DNA of 64,000 nucleotides from a bacterium (GTDB lineage Bacteria; Cyanobacteriota; Vampirovibrionia; Gastranaerophilales; JBAXKC01): NCBI GenBank assembly GCA_037137535.1, contig JBAXKC010000001.1, positions 96,001 to 160,000 of the forward strand, read 5' to 3'. Shown piece by piece: positions 60,587 to 64,000 of this stretch (position 1 is its first letter; each line of letters starts with the position of its first letter). The notes under the pieces were generated by a model. It saw only the letters and a program-made list of their open reading frames with translations, ran no database searches and was not told where the DNA came from. The position numbers and the translations under genes were made by a program.

Positions 60587-60920
60587 GTCTCATCAACTCC
60601 CAATAGTCCAACTCACAAAAAGTATAGAATAGCGTTAGTTTTGAGAATATTCCACAGCTTAACTAGCCTATGATAAATACTTAGGCTAACCTTATACCTA
60701 TCTGACAAAATAATTTATAAAACGTCATGCTGAATTTATGTCTACATCTACTAAAATTAGTTAAATACTCAATGATTTCGATGTCTAAAGCCATCGACTT
60801 ATTTTCTTGCCCTTTGAGTTCTTTTTACACAAAATAATTCTTGAGAGAAGAAGCAAACCGCTCATTTGCAGTGGTTTTAAAATTGAATTATCAAAAATTA
60901 AATTGGATCAGTATAAACAC

Positions 60921-60954
60921 AAAAACACAGGAGATAAATTATCTCCTGTGTTTT
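60921..60954 (-). terminator. Terminator after sucD
   Basis: AAAACACAGGAGATAA / TTATCTCCTGTGTTTT. Confidence 0.8.
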
Positions 60955-60973
60955 ATATTATTTAGAATTAAAA

Positions 60974-61858
60974 CTAAATTAATCCTTTTTCTAGCAAAAC
61001 CTTTTTAATAATATCACCAAGGTCAGCAGGATTTCTGCAAACAGTAACACCTGCCGCTTCAAGAGCTTCTATTTTACCTGTAGCTGTTCCCTTTCCACCG
61101 GCAATAATAGCCCCTGCATGTCCCATTCTTTTACCTTCTGGAGCTGTTAAACCTGCTATAAAACTCACAACAGGTTTTGTTATATTCTTTTTAATATACT
61201 CCGCAGCTTCTTCTTCAGCAGAACCACCGATTTCACCGACTAAGCATATAATTTTTGTTTCTGAATCTTTTTCAAATTCTTCTAAACAATCAATAAAACT
61301 AGTGCCTATAATTGGATCTCCACCAATTCCAACGCAAGTAGACTGACCAATACCTAACTGTGTAAGCTGATAAACCGCTTCATAAGTTAAAGTTCCACTC
61401 TTAGAAACAATTCCGACAGGTCCTTTTTGATGAATATGTCCGGGCATAATACCTATTTTACATTCTTCAGGAGAAATCAACCCCGGGCAATTAGGTCCTA
61501 TAAGTCTACAACCTTGCTCTAAAACATATTTTTTTACTTTAATCATGTCTAAAACAGGTATTCCTTCAGTAATACATATAATTAAAGGAATTTTATTAGC
61601 CGCAGCTTCCATAATTGCATCAGCTGCAAACGGAGGCGGTACAAAAATCATTGTGGCATCAACTCTATGATTTTTTAAAACGTCTTCAACTGTGTTATAA
61701 ACAGGAACTCCAAAGATACTCTCTCCGCCTTTACCCGGTGTAACACCTGCAACAAGCTTTGTTCCATACTCCTGACACTTTTCAGCGTGAAAAGAACCTT
61801 CTTTTCCTGTTATACCTTGAACTATTAAGCTTGTATCTTTATTTATAAATATTGTCAT
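60974..61858 (-). CDS. sucD: Succinyl-CoA synthetase alpha subunit
   Basis: [27 protein letters not shown] (phospho-His). Confidence 0.96.
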   Translation of the reverse strand: MTIFINKDTSLIVQGITGKEGSFHAEKCQEYGTKLVAGVTPGKGGESIFGVPVYNTVEDVLKNHRVDATMIFVPPPFAADAIMEAAANKIPLIICITEGIPVLDMIKVKKYVLEQGCRLIGPNCPGLISPEECKIGIMPGHIHQKGPVGIVSKSGTLTYEAVYQLTQLGIGQSTCVGIGGDPIIGTSFIDCLEEFEKDSETKIICLVGEIGGSAEEEAAEYIKKNITKPVVSFIAGLTAPEGKRMGHAGAIIAGGKGTATGKIEALEAAGVTVCRNPADLGDIIKKVLLEKGLI

Positions 61859-61864
61859 TGATTA

Positions 61865-63028
61865 TTAACCCCCTAAATTAGCAGATATAATACTTACAGC
61901 GTCTTTTAAAGTTTCAGCAACCTCAAATTTAAGTCCTGAATCTTTTAAAATCTCTCTGCCTTTTTCAACATTAGTACCTTCAAGCCTAACGATGACAGGG
62001 ATGTCTACCTTCAGAGATGATACCGCATTTTTAATACCCTCTGCAAGGATGTCACATCTTAAAATTCCGCCGAAAATATTAATAAATACCATTTTCACGT
62101 TTTTATCACTTATAAGAAGTTTAAAAGCGTTTTCGATTTTCTGTGCACTTGCTCCGCCGCCAACATCAAGGAAGTTAGCAGGCTCACTACCCGCAAGTTT
62201 AACCGTATCCATCGTTGCCATAGCTAAACCTGCACCGTTGACCATACAGCCAACTTCTCCGTCAAGTTTAACATAGCTTAAATTATATTTAGAAGCTTCA
62301 ACTTCAAGAGGGTCTTCTTCTCTGAAATCTCTCATTGCAACTATTTCAGGAAATCTGAAAAGAGCATTTTCATCAAAATTCACTTTTCCGTCAAGAGCAA
62401 GCATTTTTTCTTCTTTTGTAATTGTAAGAGGGTTGATTTCAACTAAAGTACAATCTTTTTCAAGGAATAAATTATAAACACCCGTTACTATTTTTGAGAA
62501 ATCTTTTTGAACTGATTTAGGCACGTTCAGTTTAAAAATAAGGTTTCTGATGTTATATCCGCTTAATCCGTATCTTGGGTCAATATCTTCTTTTATAATC
62601 GCATCAGGCATAGATTCTGCGATTTCTTCAATATCCATACCGCCTTCATTACTTGCGATAATGGTTATACATTCGCTTGCTCTATCCATAACAACACTTA
62701 AATAAAGCTCTTTATCAATAGCTACAGCTTGTTCTACTAAAACCATATGAACAGTTTTTTCTTCGCCACCGGTTTGAACACTTGAAATCTTCATCCCGAT
62801 AATTTTTGAAGCATATTCTTTTACTTCATCCATATTTTTAGCGACTTTAATACCGCCAGCCTTGCCTCTTGCCCCTGAATGAACCTGAGCTTTAATAACA
62901 CAAGGTGTTCCAATAACTGAATCAGCTACTTCTACTGTTTCTTCAACATTATGAGCCAATTTACTTTCAGGAGTCGGAATGCCGTACTCTCTAAATAATT
63001 GTTTTGCCTGATACTCGTGAATTTTCAT
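61865..63028 (-). CDS. sucC: Succinyl-CoA synthetase beta subunit
   Basis: MKIHEYQAK, GARGKAGG, NGAGLAMATMD, ANFLDVGGG, NIFGGILRCD. Confidence 0.96.
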   Translation of the reverse strand: MKIHEYQAKQLFREYGIPTPESKLAHNVEETVEVADSVIGTPCVIKAQVHSGARGKAGGIKVAKNMDEVKEYASKIIGMKISSVQTGGEEKTVHMVLVEQAVAIDKELYLSVVMDRASECITIIASNEGGMDIEEIAESMPDAIIKEDIDPRYGLSGYNIRNLIFKLNVPKSVQKDFSKIVTGVYNLFLEKDCTLVEINPLTITKEEKMLALDGKVNFDENALFRFPEIVAMRDFREEDPLEVEASKYNLSYVKLDGEVGCMVNGAGLAMATMDTVKLAGSEPANFLDVGGGASAQKIENAFKLLISDKNVKMVFINIFGGILRCDILAEGIKNAVSSLKVDIPVIVRLEGTNVEKGREILKDSGLKFEVAETLKDAVSIISANLGG

Positions 63029-63953
63029 CAAACTTTCCTCTTTTACACAAAACGTGAATAAGTGCTTTTATATAGCCATAATTATAGTACAAGCGAATTT
63101 TTTGGTAATGTTTTTCTGTAGAATTTTTCGAGAAAAATCTCTGAAAAATACTTTCAATTAATCGATTAAAATGCAAAATAATTTTAGAAGGAATATCTTT
63201 TAATGAATAAAAGCCTAAAAGATAGTATATATAAGCATCTGACTGACCTTGCGATAAATATCTCTTTTTATAATAATCAAAATTCAACCTTGAAGCAGGC
63301 ATTTTATGATATAAAAACATATTCGGACAATAAGCCAGAGTATAACCCTTGTTCCTAAGCTTATTAGCCAAAAGCACATCTTCATTTTCTGTCAGTTTAG
63401 AATCAATCGACTTTATAATATTGGAAAAGCCGCCAACAGTGTCAAGACAAGATTTTTTTATTGCCATATTACAGCCGTAAGGAACATGTTTAGGATGATT
63501 ATCATATATTATAGGCTCATCCCCATAATCAGAATAGGCAAGAATACCCAACAAACTACCTTCTATCCAATCAGGCTTTTCTGCAAGGAATTTAACATGA
63601 GTTTTACCTCCCACCATATCAGGATTGAGAGGAGAATTATCAAAGAAGTTTAAAATATTTTCAAGATATTGTTCAGGTAAAATGACATCATCGTCAACAA
63701 AAACAAGTATTTTACCTCTAGCTCTGGTATAAGCCTCGTTTCTGGCAACTGAAAGACCCTTTAAATAAAGTTTATAATAATTATAATCAGGATAATTTAT
63801 AACAATTTGTTCTGTTTTATTATCCTCACTCTGATCCGTAATTAAAACTTCATATCTTGAACGTTCTAACGACTGAACTTTAATATTTTCAAACACTTCG
63901 CCTATCATATCGCTACGGTTCATAGTATTTATAATTAATGAGAGTTCAAACAT
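62991..63953 (-). CDS. Glycosyltransferase family 2, 3' end overlapping the sucC start
   Basis: GLSVARN, FVDDD, YGCNM, NEDV. Confidence 0.9.
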   Translation of the reverse strand: MFELSLIINTMNRSDMIGEVFENIKVQSLERSRYEVLITDQSEDNKTEQIVINYPDYNYYKLYLKGLSVARNEAYTRARGKILVFVDDDVILPEQYLENILNFFDNSPLNPDMVGGKTHVKFLAEKPDWIEGSLLGILAYSDYGDEPIIYDNHPKHVPYGCNMAIKKSCLDTVGGFSNIIKSIDSKLTENEDVLLANKLRNKGYTLAYCPNMFLYHKMPASRLNFDYYKKRYLSQGQSDAYIYYLLGFYSLKDIPSKIILHFNRLIESIFQRFFSKNSTEKHYQKIRLYYNYGYIKALIHVLCKRGKFDENSRVSGKTII

Positions 63954-64000
63954 ATATTCTTAAAAATACCCCTACTGCTTATTTTTAAATTACTATTTAT

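Noticed and set aside
971-62276. Many 60-140 aa track ORFs overlapping real genes (e.g. 971-1177, 10399-10818, 21931-22248, 28372-28767, 50408-50740, 61992-62276)
   Set aside because: Antisense or alternate-frame shadows of well-supported CDSs, with no RBS or motifs.

Overview
A low-GC, mostly core-genome bacterial window. The cyanobacterial-style F0F1 operon with both b and b' subunits, together with flagellar genes, the [FeFe]-hydrogenase maturase HydE and a 4-domain S1, suggests a non-photosynthetic Cyanobacteriota relative (Melainabacteria/Vampirovibrionia; inference). Housekeeping content: atp operon (atpA truncated at the window edge), two two-component pairs, aroQ, fliJ-fliK-flgD-flgE, galE-uxs-ugd, menG, RNase P RNA, wzx and glycosyltransferases, ispH-rpsA, HU, hydE, cheX, gmhA, a three-gene split glutamate synthase, mlaEFD and sucCD. 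There is no CRISPR array, rRNA, tRNA or transposase. Best novel candidates: (1) a ~77-nt sRNA just downstream of flgE with a perfect sigma28 promoter, its own terminator and a C-rich seed complementary to the ribosome-binding sites of flgE, flgD, fliK and an unlinked gene at 16581, suggesting a flagellar feedback regulator; (2) a malic enzyme built as a fused pseudo-dimer whose two copies have lost complementary catalytic elements; (3) several effector-like enzymes with a low-complexity N-terminal leader ending in a (S/P)F(K/T)(G/S) motif; (4) cassettes accreted between repeated copies of a response-regulator 3' end; (5) two unannotated paralogous small proteins next to the flagellar operon; (6) two neighbouring genes that appear to start at CTG.
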